Shown here piece by piece: positions 27,817 to 37,821 of a stretch of DNA of 64,000 bases (position 1 is the stretch's first letter; each line of letters opens with the position of its first letter). The translations under genes were made by a program, and so were the position numbers. Below the pieces are notes generated by a model. It saw only the letters and a program-made list of their open reading frames with translations. It was not told where the DNA came from and did not search any database. This stretch comes from Candidatus Thalassarchaeaceae archaeon (lineage in GTDB: Archaea > Thermoplasmatota > Poseidoniia > Poseidoniales > Thalassarchaeaceae), in NCBI GenBank assembly GCA_023268715.1, contig JALRLV010000002.1, positions 18,737 to 82,736 of the forward strand, in the 5' to 3' direction.

Positions 27817-29427
27817 ATGGACAGATTGCCGACCCGAGTCGACCGTTCCGGCCAAGATTGGCAGCGTAGAAGGGAGCAAAACCTTGCTTTAGCAGCGGAC
27901 CTCAAGGAGCGATTGGAAGCAGTAAAACAGGGGGGTGGCGGGAAGTATGTCGAGAGACATCGCTCTCGAGGAAAGATGCTTCCTAGAGAGCGAATAGCAG
28001 AAATCTGCGATCCAGGAAGCCCTTTCTTGGAATTGTCGAGTTTGGCGGCGAATGAATTGTATGATGGTAAAGCTCAGTCGGCTGGAATCATCACCGGGAT
28101 TGGTTTAGTCCATGGCCGAGAATGCCTTTTCGTGGCAAACGATGCAACCGTTAAGGGCGGTTCCTACTACCCTATGACGGTGAAGAAGCATATTCGAGCC
28201 CAAGATGTTGCAGATGCTAACAATCTACCATGCATCTACCTTGTCGATAGCGGAGGGGCATTCTTGCCAATGCAAGATGAGGTATTCCCCGACATTGGCC
28301 ATTTTGGGCGCATCTTCAGAAATCAAGCCATGATGTCGGGCAAGGGAATTCCACAGGTAGCTGCAGTTCTAGGAAGTTGTACGGCAGGAGGCGCATACGT
28401 TCCAGCGATGTCTGATGAATCGATTATCGTCAAGGGTAATGGAACAATTTTCCTCGCCGGGCCACCACTGGTGAAGGCAGCGACAGGCGAGGAAGTCAGC
28501 GCGGAGGATCTAGGCGGCGCTGATGTTCACACCAGAGAATCTGGTGTAGCTGACCATTTCGCAGAAAATGAGGAGGAAGCCCTACGAATGGTTCGTAATG
28601 TTGTAGAGAATCTCAACATTGAGCCAAAGCAAAGATTGGACTTTAAGCCAGTAGAAGAACCCGCTCACGATGCTGAGGACTTGATGGGAATAATCCCCAC
28701 CGACAATCGTACACCATTCGATGTTCGTGAAGTAATTGCTAGAATCGTCGACGGCTCTCGCTTCCACGAATTCAAACCACGATATGGCAATACCTTGGTT
28801 TGTGGCTTTGCCAGAATACATGGTTATCCTGTTGGAATCGTAGCAAACAATGGGATTCTATTCTCCGAATCATCTCTCAAAGGTGCTCACTTTGTCGAAT
28901 TATGCGGTCAGCGTGGAGTGCCACTAATCTTCTTGCAGAATATTACTGGATTCATGGTTGGCCGTGACGCTGAGTCTGGTGGTATCGCAAAGGATGGTGC
29001 TAAACTCGTCACCGCTGTCTCTTGTGTTCCTGTTCCTAAATTTACGGTAATTATCGGTGGCTCTCACGGTGCTGGAAATTATGGTATGTGCGGCCGAGCA
29101 TATGACCCACGATTCCTATTCATGTGGCCTAACGCAAGAATTTCGGTTATGGGTGGGCCACAAGCCGCTGACGTTCTTGCCACCGTTAAACAGGATCAAA
29201 GAGCCAGAGAAGGACTTTCTCCGATGTCGGGGGAAGAATTGGAGGAGTTCCGTCGACCAATTCTAGAGAAATATGAGACTGAAGGCTCGCCTTACTACTC
29301 AACCGCCCGGCTTTGGGACGATGGAGTAATTGATCCTCGTGACACTAGAGATGTCTTAGGGCTAGCAATATCTGCAAGTCTTAACGCTCCATTCCCAGAT
29401 AACGGATATGGCGTATTCAGGATGTGA
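27817..29427 (+). CDS. liuB: 3-methylcrotonyl-CoA carboxylase carboxyltransferase (beta) subunit
   Basis: [61 protein letters not shown] end. Confidence 0.9.
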   Translation: MDRLPTRVDRSGQDWQRRREQNLALAADLKERLEAVKQGGGGKYVERHRSRGKMLPRERIAEICDPGSPFLELSSLAANELYDGKAQSAGIITGIGLVHGRECLFVANDATVKGGSYYPMTVKKHIRAQDVADANNLPCIYLVDSGGAFLPMQDEVFPDIGHFGRIFRNQAMMSGKGIPQVAAVLGSCTAGGAYVPAMSDESIIVKGNGTIFLAGPPLVKAATGEEVSAEDLGGADVHTRESGVADHFAENEEEALRMVRNVVENLNIEPKQRLDFKPVEEPAHDAEDLMGIIPTDNRTPFDVREVIARIVDGSRFHEFKPRYGNTLVCGFARIHGYPVGIVANNGILFSESSLKGAHFVELCGQRGVPLIFLQNITGFMVGRDAESGGIAKDGAKLVTAVSCVPVPKFTVIIGGSHGAGNYGMCGRAYDPRFLFMWPNARISVMGGPQAADVLATVKQDQRAREGLSPMSGEELEEFRRPILEKYETEGSPYYSTARLWDDGVIDPRDTRDVLGLAISASLNAPFPDNGYGVFRM

Positions 29428-29431
29428 AATC

Positions 29432-30301
29432 ATGCAAGTTACGAAAATGAGTGACGCAAAACCTGTAGCCGAACTTTGTAGCCTCGAGATAGATGGCGCT
29501 ATTGCCAGGCTAACTCTACGCCGCTCAGATGTATTCAACGCCCTAAACGTACAGTTGATTTCAGAAATGGTCGAAGCGCTAAGTTGGACTGCTCAGAGAT
29601 CCGTTGGGGTCACTCAATCTCTTCACGATTCTGACGGCGCAGAATATCTGCGTGTAATCGTTCTTCGCGGAGATGGAAAGCACTTCTGCGCCGGCGCGGA
29701 CATCAATATGATGCGGGATGCTGGCGCGGCAACACCAGAAGAAAATCGAGCAGATTCAGAAAGGCTTGATCGCCTATTCTATTCACTATGGGCTCATCCT
29801 TGCTTTACCATTGGTGCAGTGCAAGGCGTAGCTCTTGGAGGAGGTGCAGGACTCGTAGCCTGCGTCGATCACGCGATTGGTGAACCACGTACAAGAATCG
29901 CTCTTTCCGAAGCCAAATTAGGAATTCTTCCAGCAGTAATTGGACCCTATGTGTATCGTAAGTTAGGCAGTGCCGAATTCCGCAGACTTTCGATGCTGGC
30001 TAGTAGAGTTGGCTCGGAAGAAGGCCTACGAATTGGTTGGCTAAACCAAGTAGTAGATTCCCCTATAGAATTCGATCAGGCTATCGGACGAGTAGTTGCA
30101 GATGTGATGACTACCGGACCAATGGCCGTGGCTGAATCCAAGAAGCTGGCCATGACCTTCGATATTTGGAAAGCAGGTGATGATGAACTACGACTTTGGA
30201 CACTCGACAAGACGAGTCAAATGCGAGGGTCTAGGGAAGGTCAGGAAGGCCTCTCCTCCTTCCTTGAAAGAAGAAAGCCGGATTGGGCACCAGAAGAGTG
30301 A
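29432..30301 (+). CDS. liuC: Methylglutaconyl-CoA hydratase-like enoyl-CoA hydratase
   Basis: FCAGADI, ALGGGAGL, SEAKLGILPAVIGPYV, EGQEGLSSFLERRKPDW; cluster context. Confidence 0.82.
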   Translation: MQVTKMSDAKPVAELCSLEIDGAIARLTLRRSDVFNALNVQLISEMVEALSWTAQRSVGVTQSLHDSDGAEYLRVIVLRGDGKHFCAGADINMMRDAGAATPEENRADSERLDRLFYSLWAHPCFTIGAVQGVALGGGAGLVACVDHAIGEPRTRIALSEAKLGILPAVIGPYVYRKLGSAEFRRLSMLASRVGSEEGLRIGWLNQVVDSPIEFDQAIGRVVADVMTTGPMAVAESKKLAMTFDIWKAGDDELRLWTLDKTSQMRGSREGQEGLSSFLERRKPDWAPEE

Positions 30302-30310
30302 GTTGGTATA

Positions 30311-31864
30311 ATGATTCCAGATTGGATGAGTTCAGCCCCTCGTCCATTTGATACGGTTTTGGTTGCAAATCGAGGGGAGATTGCGGTCAGAGTTTTACGG
30401 GCTGCAAAAGAATCAGGACTTCGAGGAATTGCGGTTTATTCCGACCCTGATGCAGGCTCTTTGCACGTCGAAAATGCAGATCAGGCTGTTCATCTTCCAG
30501 GTGCGACTCTAGCGGATACTTACCTCAATGGAGATGCCATTATCGAGGCCGCCCGCTCTACCGGTGCTCAAGCGATTCATCCGGGTTTCGGATTCCTTTC
30601 TGAGCGGGCTGATTTTGCAAATGCGGTCAAGGCTGCAGGTCTAATTTGGATTGGACCACCTGCAGATGCAATCGACACAATGGGTGACAAGATTTCTGCC
30701 CGCCGCTGTATGATAGAATCAGGAGTTCCGGTAATCCCTGGTGAAGAAATTTCCATTGGAGGTGATTCTGATCATCTAGGTGTTCTAGCTTCTGCAGCAG
30801 CTCGTGTTGGTTATCCTCTCTTGCTGAAAGCAAGCGCAGGTGGCGGAGGTAAGGGAATGCGTGCCGTGCACGAGCCCAAAATGCTGCGAACAGAATACGA
30901 AGCTGCGGCTAGAGAAGCAACTGCAGCATTCGGTGACGGCACGGTATATGTTGAGAGACTTCTGAAAGGTGCTCGTCACGTCGAAATCCAAGTTCTAGCA
31001 GATAGTCAAGGGAATTGTATTCACTTGAACGAAAGGGATTGTTCACTACAACGCCGACATCAGAAAGTCATCGAGGAAGCCCCGAGTCCAGCGGTCACTC
31101 CCACAATTAGAGAAGAGATGGGAGAAGCAGCTGTTCAGGCGGCAAAGGCTGTCGATTACGAAGGAGCAGGAACAGTTGAGTTCCTACTTTCTGACCGAGG
31201 CGAATTCTTCTTCTTAGAAATGAACACTCGTCTACAAGTAGAGCATCCGGTAACTGAGATGATTACTGGAATAGATATCGTACAGAAGCAATTTGAAGTT
31301 GCAGCAGGATTACCACTTGGATTATCTCAATCCGATATTGGAATCACTGGTCATTCTATGGAAGCCCGAATCTATGCAGAAGATCCCAGTAAAGGATTCC
31401 TGCCAGCAATTGGTGACCTAGCGATGTGGCGTGCACCAGCAGGTCCTGGAATTAGGGTCGACACTGGAGTTCGAGAAGGAGATGCTGTAACCGTCGACTT
31501 CGATCCGATGTTGGCCAAATTAATCGTTCACGCCCCAACAAGAACTGCAGCTGCAAGACGCCTAGATAATGCACTCTCTGACCTAAGGGCTCTTGGAGTA
31601 ATAACAAACATTGGATTCCTTCGTCAGATGACTACCCATCCGGATTTTATTTCTGGTGGAATAACGACTGATTATTTGGATTCAAGAGATATTTCTGATT
31701 TCGCGGAGCCAGACCCAGATCCTGCTACTCTTGTGGCCATTGCCGCAGCAGCAAGTCGATTCGGACTTGACCGTGCAGTCTCAAGGTCAACTGAGTCGTT
31801 TGTCGATGAACATACAGGGCACAGCGGAGACCCATTCAGGACCTTGACGAGGTCATTTCCCTGA
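30311..31864 (+). CDS. Biotin carboxylase (N-terminal part of split MCC alpha subunit)
   Basis: ANRGEIA, HPGFGFLSE, KASAGGGGKGMR, ERDCSLQRRHQK, EMNTRLQVEHPVTE. Confidence 0.93.
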   Translation: MIPDWMSSAPRPFDTVLVANRGEIAVRVLRAAKESGLRGIAVYSDPDAGSLHVENADQAVHLPGATLADTYLNGDAIIEAARSTGAQAIHPGFGFLSERADFANAVKAAGLIWIGPPADAIDTMGDKISARRCMIESGVPVIPGEEISIGGDSDHLGVLASAAARVGYPLLLKASAGGGGKGMRAVHEPKMLRTEYEAAAREATAAFGDGTVYVERLLKGARHVEIQVLADSQGNCIHLNERDCSLQRRHQKVIEEAPSPAVTPTIREEMGEAAVQAAKAVDYEGAGTVEFLLSDRGEFFFLEMNTRLQVEHPVTEMITGIDIVQKQFEVAAGLPLGLSQSDIGITGHSMEARIYAEDPSKGFLPAIGDLAMWRAPAGPGIRVDTGVREGDAVTVDFDPMLAKLIVHAPTRTAAARRLDNALSDLRALGVITNIGFLRQMTTHPDFISGGITTDYLDSRDISDFAEPDPDPATLVAIAAAASRFGLDRAVSRSTESFVDEHTGHSGDPFRTLTRSFP

Positions 31865-31875
31865 GGTGAAAAAAG

Positions 31876-32376
31876 ATGGAGTGGAGTATTGGAGAATCGG
31901 GTGTTCGTTACACCGCCAAATTGTCCGATTCAGAGGGTACACTCAGCCTCACGGGACTGACTCGGGATGAACACGAAGCACCACATTCTGAAATTGGAAT
32001 TACCCGAGATTCGCAAGGCGCTAGGCTCCTTGTCGACATAGACGGTTCCGCGCATATCGCCCACGTAGCAAAGGTTGGTGATGATTGGTGGATTCACATA
32101 AATGGGCGAATCCATGTCGTTCATGGTCACGAACCTGGAAGCGCTAATTCTACCGCAGGCGAAGGTGGTCTAACAGCACCGATGCCTGGAACTATTCTCG
32201 AGGTGCATGCAAAAGCCGGACAAAGAGTTCGCGAGGGCCAAACTTTGTTGGTAATGGAAGCGATGAAAATGGAGCACAGAATCCAAGCGCCGAAAGCCGG
32301 TGAAATACTTTCAGTGAATTTTTCAGAAGGCGACAGAGTCGATATGGGAGCGACTTTAGTTGAGCTCGGCGACTGA
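31876..32376 (+). CDS. Biotin carboxyl carrier protein (C-terminal part of split MCC alpha)
   Basis: APMPG and EAMKME biotinylation motif. Confidence 0.93.
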   Translation: MEWSIGESGVRYTAKLSDSEGTLSLTGLTRDEHEAPHSEIGITRDSQGARLLVDIDGSAHIAHVAKVGDDWWIHINGRIHVVHGHEPGSANSTAGEGGLTAPMPGTILEVHAKAGQRVREGQTLLVMEAMKMEHRIQAPKAGEILSVNFSEGDRVDMGATLVELGD

Positions 32377-32423
32377 ATTATGCCGGCAACGGATTCAATA
32401 GTGGCCGATGGTTCGCCATAAAC

Positions 32424-33005
32424 GTGAACGAATTCGACATTATACTCGCATTATGTATGGGATTAGGCCTTGCTGCAGCCTCTGGATTCCGTGTTTTCCT
32501 ACCGCCTTTCCTACTTTCTATAGCGGTCCGAGCCGACGCTGTAGAAGTCGATTTGACGAATACATCATTGGAATATTTCGATTCTAATGTTGCGGTTATT
32601 CTTCTAGGAGTCGCTACAATAGCCGAACTTGCAGCATACTATGTTCCATGGGTTGACAATATATTGGATTCAATTGCAAGTCCTGCAGCAATTGTTGCAG
32701 GTACCGGAATGACCGCAATCGTTCTAGGAGGAACAGACCCAGTAATTCAGTGGGCTCTAGCAATCATCGCTGGTGGTGGTGTAACAGCAGCGGTACAGGG
32801 TGCAACAGTTGTCACTAGAGGAGTATCTACAGCCATAACCGCTGGAATTGGTAACCCAGTTGTATCAACAGGTGAAAATATAGCAAGTCTGATACTATCA
32901 ATAATGGCGATTTTCCTTGCTCCCTTGGCAGCACTCTTTGCCCTTATCCTACTCGCAATGATAGTCAAAGTGATGGTAAAGAAAGCCGATCCTTTGAGCG
33001 CCTAA
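32424..33005 (+). CDS. DUF4126-family membrane protein
   Basis: GLGLAAASGFRVFLP, YYVPWVDNILD, GNPVVSTGE. Confidence 0.8.
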   Translation: MNEFDIILALCMGLGLAAASGFRVFLPPFLLSIAVRADAVEVDLTNTSLEYFDSNVAVILLGVATIAELAAYYVPWVDNILDSIASPAAIVAGTGMTAIVLGGTDPVIQWALAIIAGGGVTAAVQGATVVTRGVSTAITAGIGNPVVSTGENIASLILSIMAIFLAPLAALFALILLAMIVKVMVKKADPLSA

Positions 33006-33007
33006 AT

Positions 33008-34288
33008 TCAATTTAGCGGTTTGAGAACTGTTTGACCGCCCATGTGTGGAACAAGAACATCAGGAACTCGCACTGTTCCATCTTCGTTCTGATATTGTTC
33101 CATAATCGCCACTAGAGCCCTGCTGGTCGCAACCGCAGTAGAATTCAGAGTATGAACTGCGGAATTTCCTTCGGCAGTGCGATATCTCATCCGTAGGCGA
33201 TTAGCTTGGTAATCGGTGCAATTTGAGCATGAAACAACTTCTTTGAATTCATTTGCGCCAGGCAACCAAGCCTCTAGGTCGTATTTCTTCGAGGCAACAG
33301 TCCCCATGTCGCCTGTGCAGATATTTACTACTCTGTAATGCAGACCTAGGCTATCCCATAACTCAACTGCATTGGTGAGTAACTCCTCATGATGTTCCCA
33401 GGAATCATCTGGCTTGCAAATGACAATTTGTTCAATTTTGGTAAATTGGTGCACTCTCCAAATTCCTCGATCAGACAACCCATGTGCTCCTACTTCGCGT
33501 CGGAAGCAAGAAGACACACCAACCAACTTAATCGGTAATTCGGATGGTTCGATAATTTCGTCCATTCTCATCGCAGTGAGTGGATGCTCGCTAGTAGCGA
33601 TGAGGTAGTATTTGTCTGGTTCAATACCATACATGACAGTCTCAAAGTCACCTAAGTCGGTGACGCCCTCGTAAGCCTCACGATTCATCATAAGCGGTGG
33701 TTGCACCAAGGTGTAGCCCCGTTCAATGAGGAAATTTGCGGAGTAACTCTGTAGAGCCATTTCTAATCGAGCGAGGTCACCCTGAAGGAAGTAGAAGCGA
33801 GAACCGGTTACCTTCGCGCCTCTAGCAAGGTCAACCCAATTATTCATCTCGATTAGGTCGTTATGATTACGCGCTTCGAATCCTAAAGTCGTCTTATCAC
33901 CGTGTAAACTGTGTAGGGTATTTTTCTGGTCATCTTCTCCTACCGGAACTGATTCATGCAGGATATTTGGAACTCGCATTCTAATTGCATCTCTCTCTGC
34001 CAAACAGGAATCGACTTTTTCACTCAGAGTATCAATCTCTTGCCCGAGACTGGCAACCTCTGCTAAAATTGCGTCTGCAGCGGCGGAATCTCCCGATTTC
34101 TTAGCTTCTGCAATACCTCTAGCGGCCTCATTCCGCTTCTTCCTGAGTTGGTCGACATCAAATCTTGCTTGCCGCCATTCTTCATCGAGACGAATCACCT
34201 CGTCTATGTTGTCATGGGGCATCTCTCTCTTGTCATGGTCGGCCCTCAGCACACCAGCGTGCTCTCGGAACATGCTCATTTCTAGCAT
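33008..34288 (-). CDS. serS: Seryl-tRNA synthetase
   Basis: N-terminal coiled coil, ATSEHPL, FRREVG, RVHQF, EVVSCSNCTDYQA, HTLNST. Confidence 0.97.
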   Translation of the reverse strand: MLEMSMFREHAGVLRADHDKREMPHDNIDEVIRLDEEWRQARFDVDQLRKKRNEAARGIAEAKKSGDSAAADAILAEVASLGQEIDTLSEKVDSCLAERDAIRMRVPNILHESVPVGEDDQKNTLHSLHGDKTTLGFEARNHNDLIEMNNWVDLARGAKVTGSRFYFLQGDLARLEMALQSYSANFLIERGYTLVQPPLMMNREAYEGVTDLGDFETVMYGIEPDKYYLIATSEHPLTAMRMDEIIEPSELPIKLVGVSSCFRREVGAHGLSDRGIWRVHQFTKIEQIVICKPDDSWEHHEELLTNAVELWDSLGLHYRVVNICTGDMGTVASKKYDLEAWLPGANEFKEVVSCSNCTDYQANRLRMRYRTAEGNSAVHTLNSTAVATSRALVAIMEQYQNEDGTVRVPDVLVPHMGGQTVLKPLN

Positions 34289-34361
34289 AGCAACCGAACC
34301 TTCGGGTTCAACACTTAGCCTTCAAAGAATCGGGGAATCTCACTCTTTCGAGCACGATGCG

Positions 34362-35432
34362 CTAGAGGAAGGTAATCGCCTGAAACAATTCTGCGGGCCC
34401 AACAGCATAGATTCCACTGATGATGTAACCCAAAATCGCCCCGCCGTTTAACAGTGGCAGCCCTGGTTGTGGATTTCCTTGGGCGACGAAGGTCATCAGG
34501 AGCAAATATCCAACTAGTCCTCCTATAAGTGTACCAATTGCTACAACGATTTGCGCCATATAGAAAGTACCGTATGGGTTCCAAATTTCTGGTCCCCAAT
34601 CAGGTAGGAAGGAAATTGCTGAGATGACTAACATACCGGGGAAGATAACGTCTCCCAGACCCATGAATAAGGCATCCCGACTCTTCTTTTTCGGTTTCAT
34701 TATCTCCTGTCTCCCAACTAGGTCTGCTTCCATTACTTCTGTAGGAGGGGGAGGGGAGTCTTGCATTATGTCTCCTTCTTGATCGAGGAATGAGTACCCC
34801 TTTTCCTTCGGAGCGACAAGTAAAACAGGCAGTTTTAGTCCAATCATCGTATCTGCAAGTTCAAGCATATGCTTGCTTTTGTGAACTGCCCAATAATCGT
34901 AAATTGCGGCTAGAACCATGAAAATTATGACGAGTGTAGGAACGAATGAGATTCCAATCATCACTATTACTCCCGAACCTACCATTACTCCAACTGAATT
35001 CACTACCCACCATTCTGGATAGCGATACAATGTGACCATGCTTCCGATGGTTATGACTAGAGCGGATAATCCGACAGAAGCTGCTGTAGCGAATCCAAGA
35101 ATGTATAGAATTAACAAGGTAAATGGTTGGATTGCATAGAACAAGCTTAGTCCAAGGGCGAGCATTACTATACCTTTGATTAGGTAATCCAATCCCTTTC
35201 TCGCCAACCAAATAATTCCTACTGTGAAAATTCCGATCATCAATAGTTCAAACAAAATAAACCCAGATTTCGTAGTCCCTTCTTCCCCGAATGCTCTAGC
35301 TTCTGGAATATCATATAGCGGTTGAATGAACATACCGATTCCTATAGTCACAATGAACATTCCAGCCATGCCAAGCATCGATTCCCATTGCTCCATCATC
35401 ATCTCGATGACACTTTCACTTCGGTCGGACAC
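34362..35432 (-). CDS. Presenilin/signal-peptide-peptidase-type GxGD intramembrane aspartyl protease
   Basis: IYDYWAV, MGLGD and PGLP (PAL-like) motifs; GGGGAG SD before GTG 35432. The longer ORF-track start overlaps folC. Confidence 0.88.
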   Translation of the reverse strand: MSDRSESVIEMMMEQWESMLGMAGMFIVTIGIGMFIQPLYDIPEARAFGEEGTTKSGFILFELLMIGIFTVGIIWLARKGLDYLIKGIVMLALGLSLFYAIQPFTLLILYILGFATAASVGLSALVITIGSMVTLYRYPEWWVVNSVGVMVGSGVIVMIGISFVPTLVIIFMVLAAIYDYWAVHKSKHMLELADTMIGLKLPVLLVAPKEKGYSFLDQEGDIMQDSPPPPTEVMEADLVGRQEIMKPKKKSRDALFMGLGDVIFPGMLVISAISFLPDWGPEIWNPYGTFYMAQIVVAIGTLIGGLVGYLLLMTFVAQGNPQPGLPLLNGGAILGYIISGIYAVGPAELFQAITFL

Positions 35433-35475
35433 AATCTCCCCCAAGTTCAAGTTCCATATCACCTTGACCCGTACC

Positions 35476-35494
35476 CGCGCCCTGTAGGGGCGCG
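35476..35494. repeat. GC-rich hairpin CGCGCCCT-GTA-GGGGCGCG in divergent spacer
   Basis: Inverted repeat between the presenilin-like gene and folC. Confidence 0.5.
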
Positions 35495-35508
35495 ACGGTT
35501 GTGTAGCA

Positions 35509-36732
35509 ATGGAAGACCGAGAATGGCTCATGGATAGGCGATTTGCCGGTATGAATCTCGGTTTGCAAAGAATAGAGTTGTTACTACAGAAGATGGATAA
35601 TCCGCAATTGGATTTCCCATCGATTCATGTTGCTGGGACGAATGGAAAGGGAACTCTGTGTGCCTTTCTTTCCAGCGCAGCGGCAAATAGCGGTTTGAAG
35701 GTGGGTCTGTTTACTACCCCACATCTTGTTGTCATTGAAGAGAGGGTTCGTATCGACGGAGAGGTAATCGATTCGCGGACTTTCGATGAGCATCTTTCTG
35801 TGGTTCGTGCTGCTGCAGTAGAAGTTGGAAGAGAATTAGGCGAAGAACCAACTTTCTACGAATGTACATTTGCAATCGCCATGCTAGCCTTCTCTCACGC
35901 TGGCATAGATCGTGCAATAATCGAAACAGGATTAGGCGGAGAGGGCGATGCAACATGTTTGGTCGATGCAGACCTATGCGTCATTACCACAATTGGGCTC
36001 GATCATACCGAAATCCTCGGAAATACTCGTGAGCAAATCGCTCGCGCTAAAGCGGGAATTCATCGAGAGGGGGTGCCAATGGTGGTTTACCATCCCGGAG
36101 AAGAATCCGTTTTGGAAACGATTGCCGAGGTGGCTGGCGACGACTTGTATGTCCATGAGGGATCAGAGATTGACAATTATTGGGAAAATTGGTTCATTTT
36201 TGCAGGATATATCGCCACAACATTTGGATGGGAATTACCAACAAAGGATATCAATTGGCCTGGACGTTCTCCAAATTGGCCGCCAAAAGAATTGTTCAAT
36301 TCCGAAATTAGAATTAGCGCTGCTCACAATGCCGATGGTTTACAGACCGAATTAATGTCAATTAAAGAGCCCACAATTCTTCTCATCGGAGTTACTCAAA
36401 AAGCCAATTTGGAAGAGGCTTTAGCCGATGTAACAAGTGAAGTTTGGCATATGCCAACATTCCGTCACATCATCGTTACAGAACCAACCACTGGAAGAAA
36501 TCCAGCGGTGGATGCAGAGGAGCTCGCTGACCTGATTTTTTCAAATAGATTGGACGAACCAAAAATCGAAAGAGACCCGACAAAGGCTCTTGTCATCGCA
36601 GAAATCATGTCAAGGCAAGCGGGTTGTAGCATCTCCGTTATGGGTAGTGTATATCTAGTCGGGGATTTGCTAAAGTTTGCTGTAGAACGAAGCGATGGCG
36701 ACCTTTGGGAGCATCTTCGCGTACATTCATGA
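35509..36732 (+). CDS. folC: Folylpolyglutamate synthase/dihydrofolate synthase
   Basis: IHVAGTNGKG, GLFTTPHL, ETGLGG, DHTEILG, WPGR, AHN, GSVYLVG. Confidence 0.9.
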   Translation: MEDREWLMDRRFAGMNLGLQRIELLLQKMDNPQLDFPSIHVAGTNGKGTLCAFLSSAAANSGLKVGLFTTPHLVVIEERVRIDGEVIDSRTFDEHLSVVRAAAVEVGRELGEEPTFYECTFAIAMLAFSHAGIDRAIIETGLGGEGDATCLVDADLCVITTIGLDHTEILGNTREQIARAKAGIHREGVPMVVYHPGEESVLETIAEVAGDDLYVHEGSEIDNYWENWFIFAGYIATTFGWELPTKDINWPGRSPNWPPKELFNSEIRISAAHNADGLQTELMSIKEPTILLIGVTQKANLEEALADVTSEVWHMPTFRHIIVTEPTTGRNPAVDAEELADLIFSNRLDEPKIERDPTKALVIAEIMSRQAGCSISVMGSVYLVGDLLKFAVERSDGDLWEHLRVHS

Positions 36733-36802
36733 GGGAATTCTCCATGTATTCAGAGGCAAACCGAGATAACGACCTTCCTTGTGGGCTGGTATAGTTGGTT
36801 AG

Positions 36803-37240
36803 ATGAGTTTGAAATGGGATGCACGATTTCTTGACCTAGCGAAACATATCTCAGACTGGTCGAAGGATCCGTCTACTAAGGTCGGCTGTGTAGTAGTCGG
36901 AGAAGACAGAGAAGTCCGTTCGACTGGATTTAATGGGTTTCCAAGGGGAATCGAAGATACCGCTGCTAGGCTAAACGACCGTAGTCAGAAGTATCCGATG
37001 ATTTGTCATGCCGAAGAAAATGCAATCATGCACGCGGCTCGAATCGGTATTTCACTCAAGGATTGTACTGCGTATGTTACTTGGCCACCTTGCTCACGAT
37101 GCGCTCGTTCTTTGATTCAAGCCGGAGTTCGGGAAGTAGTATACCCTGAAGATTGTGAGATTCCAGAGCGCTGGGAGGAAGACTTCGCTATTGCAACCAG
37201 TATGTTTACTGAGTCCGGTGTAAACTATCGCTCAGCCTAA
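36803..37240 (+). CDS. dCMP deaminase family protein
   Basis: SKDPSTKVG, GFNGFPRG, HAEENA, PCSRC. Confidence 0.92.
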   Translation: MSLKWDARFLDLAKHISDWSKDPSTKVGCVVVGEDREVRSTGFNGFPRGIEDTAARLNDRSQKYPMICHAEENAIMHAARIGISLKDCTAYVTWPPCSRCARSLIQAGVREVVYPEDCEIPERWEEDFAIATSMFTESGVNYRSA

Positions 37241-37241
37241 C

Positions 37242-37808
37242 TTATTCAGAAAGCATAACCCAGAGTTCCTCTAAGTCTGAATGTAAATCCTCAAGGCTTC
37301 CATCGTTGACTAGTACGAGATCGGCGAGGGCCGCAGTTGCATTGAGGGCTTGACCAGATTCATCTTTTGCAACAGCTTCCTTCTCTTCATTTGCGAAGAA
37401 AGTCTCTCTGTCAACAATATCTCCAGTCCTTGCACGAGCCTGTGCTCTTTCCCAGCGCGCATCCATTCCCGCACGAACTTCGATTAGAATGAAATCATCT
37501 CGTTCCTGTAAGGCCTCTACTTCACCGGGAGTTCTAATCGAATCGATTACTGCATTCTTTCCGTCTAATCTCTTGAGTAGCATTTCCGCTAGAATCCCCG
37601 GTCCACCGCTTCTACGTAACTCGTTGCCACCATTAATTAGATTCTCTCGAGATTCTTCGATTCCTTTCTCTTTTAGATGAGCACGTATGGAATCCGAGCA
37701 TGATTCACTAGCCAATCCCTTAGAAATTAGAAAGTTCACCACGGTTGATTTTCCCGAGGCATAGCGTCCAGTCAGACCGATTAGCACATGACCCCGAAAG
37801 GTCGGCAT
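37242..37808 (-). CDS. P-loop nucleotide kinase (dephospho-CoA kinase-like/NMP kinase)
   Basis: IGLTGRYASGKS, VIDSIRTPGEV, ADLVLVNDGSLE. Confidence 0.8.
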   Translation of the reverse strand: MPTFRGHVLIGLTGRYASGKSTVVNFLISKGLASESCSDSIRAHLKEKGIEESRENLINGGNELRRSGGPGILAEMLLKRLDGKNAVIDSIRTPGEVEALQERDDFILIEVRAGMDARWERAQARARTGDIVDRETFFANEEKEAVAKDESGQALNATAALADLVLVNDGSLEDLHSDLEELWVMLSE

Positions 37809-37821
37809 TCAATATCGCTTT

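Noticed and set aside
34296-34309. GAACC-TTCG-GGTTC hairpin upstream of serS as a T-box-like element
   Set aside because: Only a 5-bp stem; the UUCG loop is on the non-coding strand and the spacer is too short.
35433-35531. N-terminal extension of the presenilin-like ORF overlapping folC
   Set aside because: An SD-supported GTG at 35432 gives a normal divergent arrangement.
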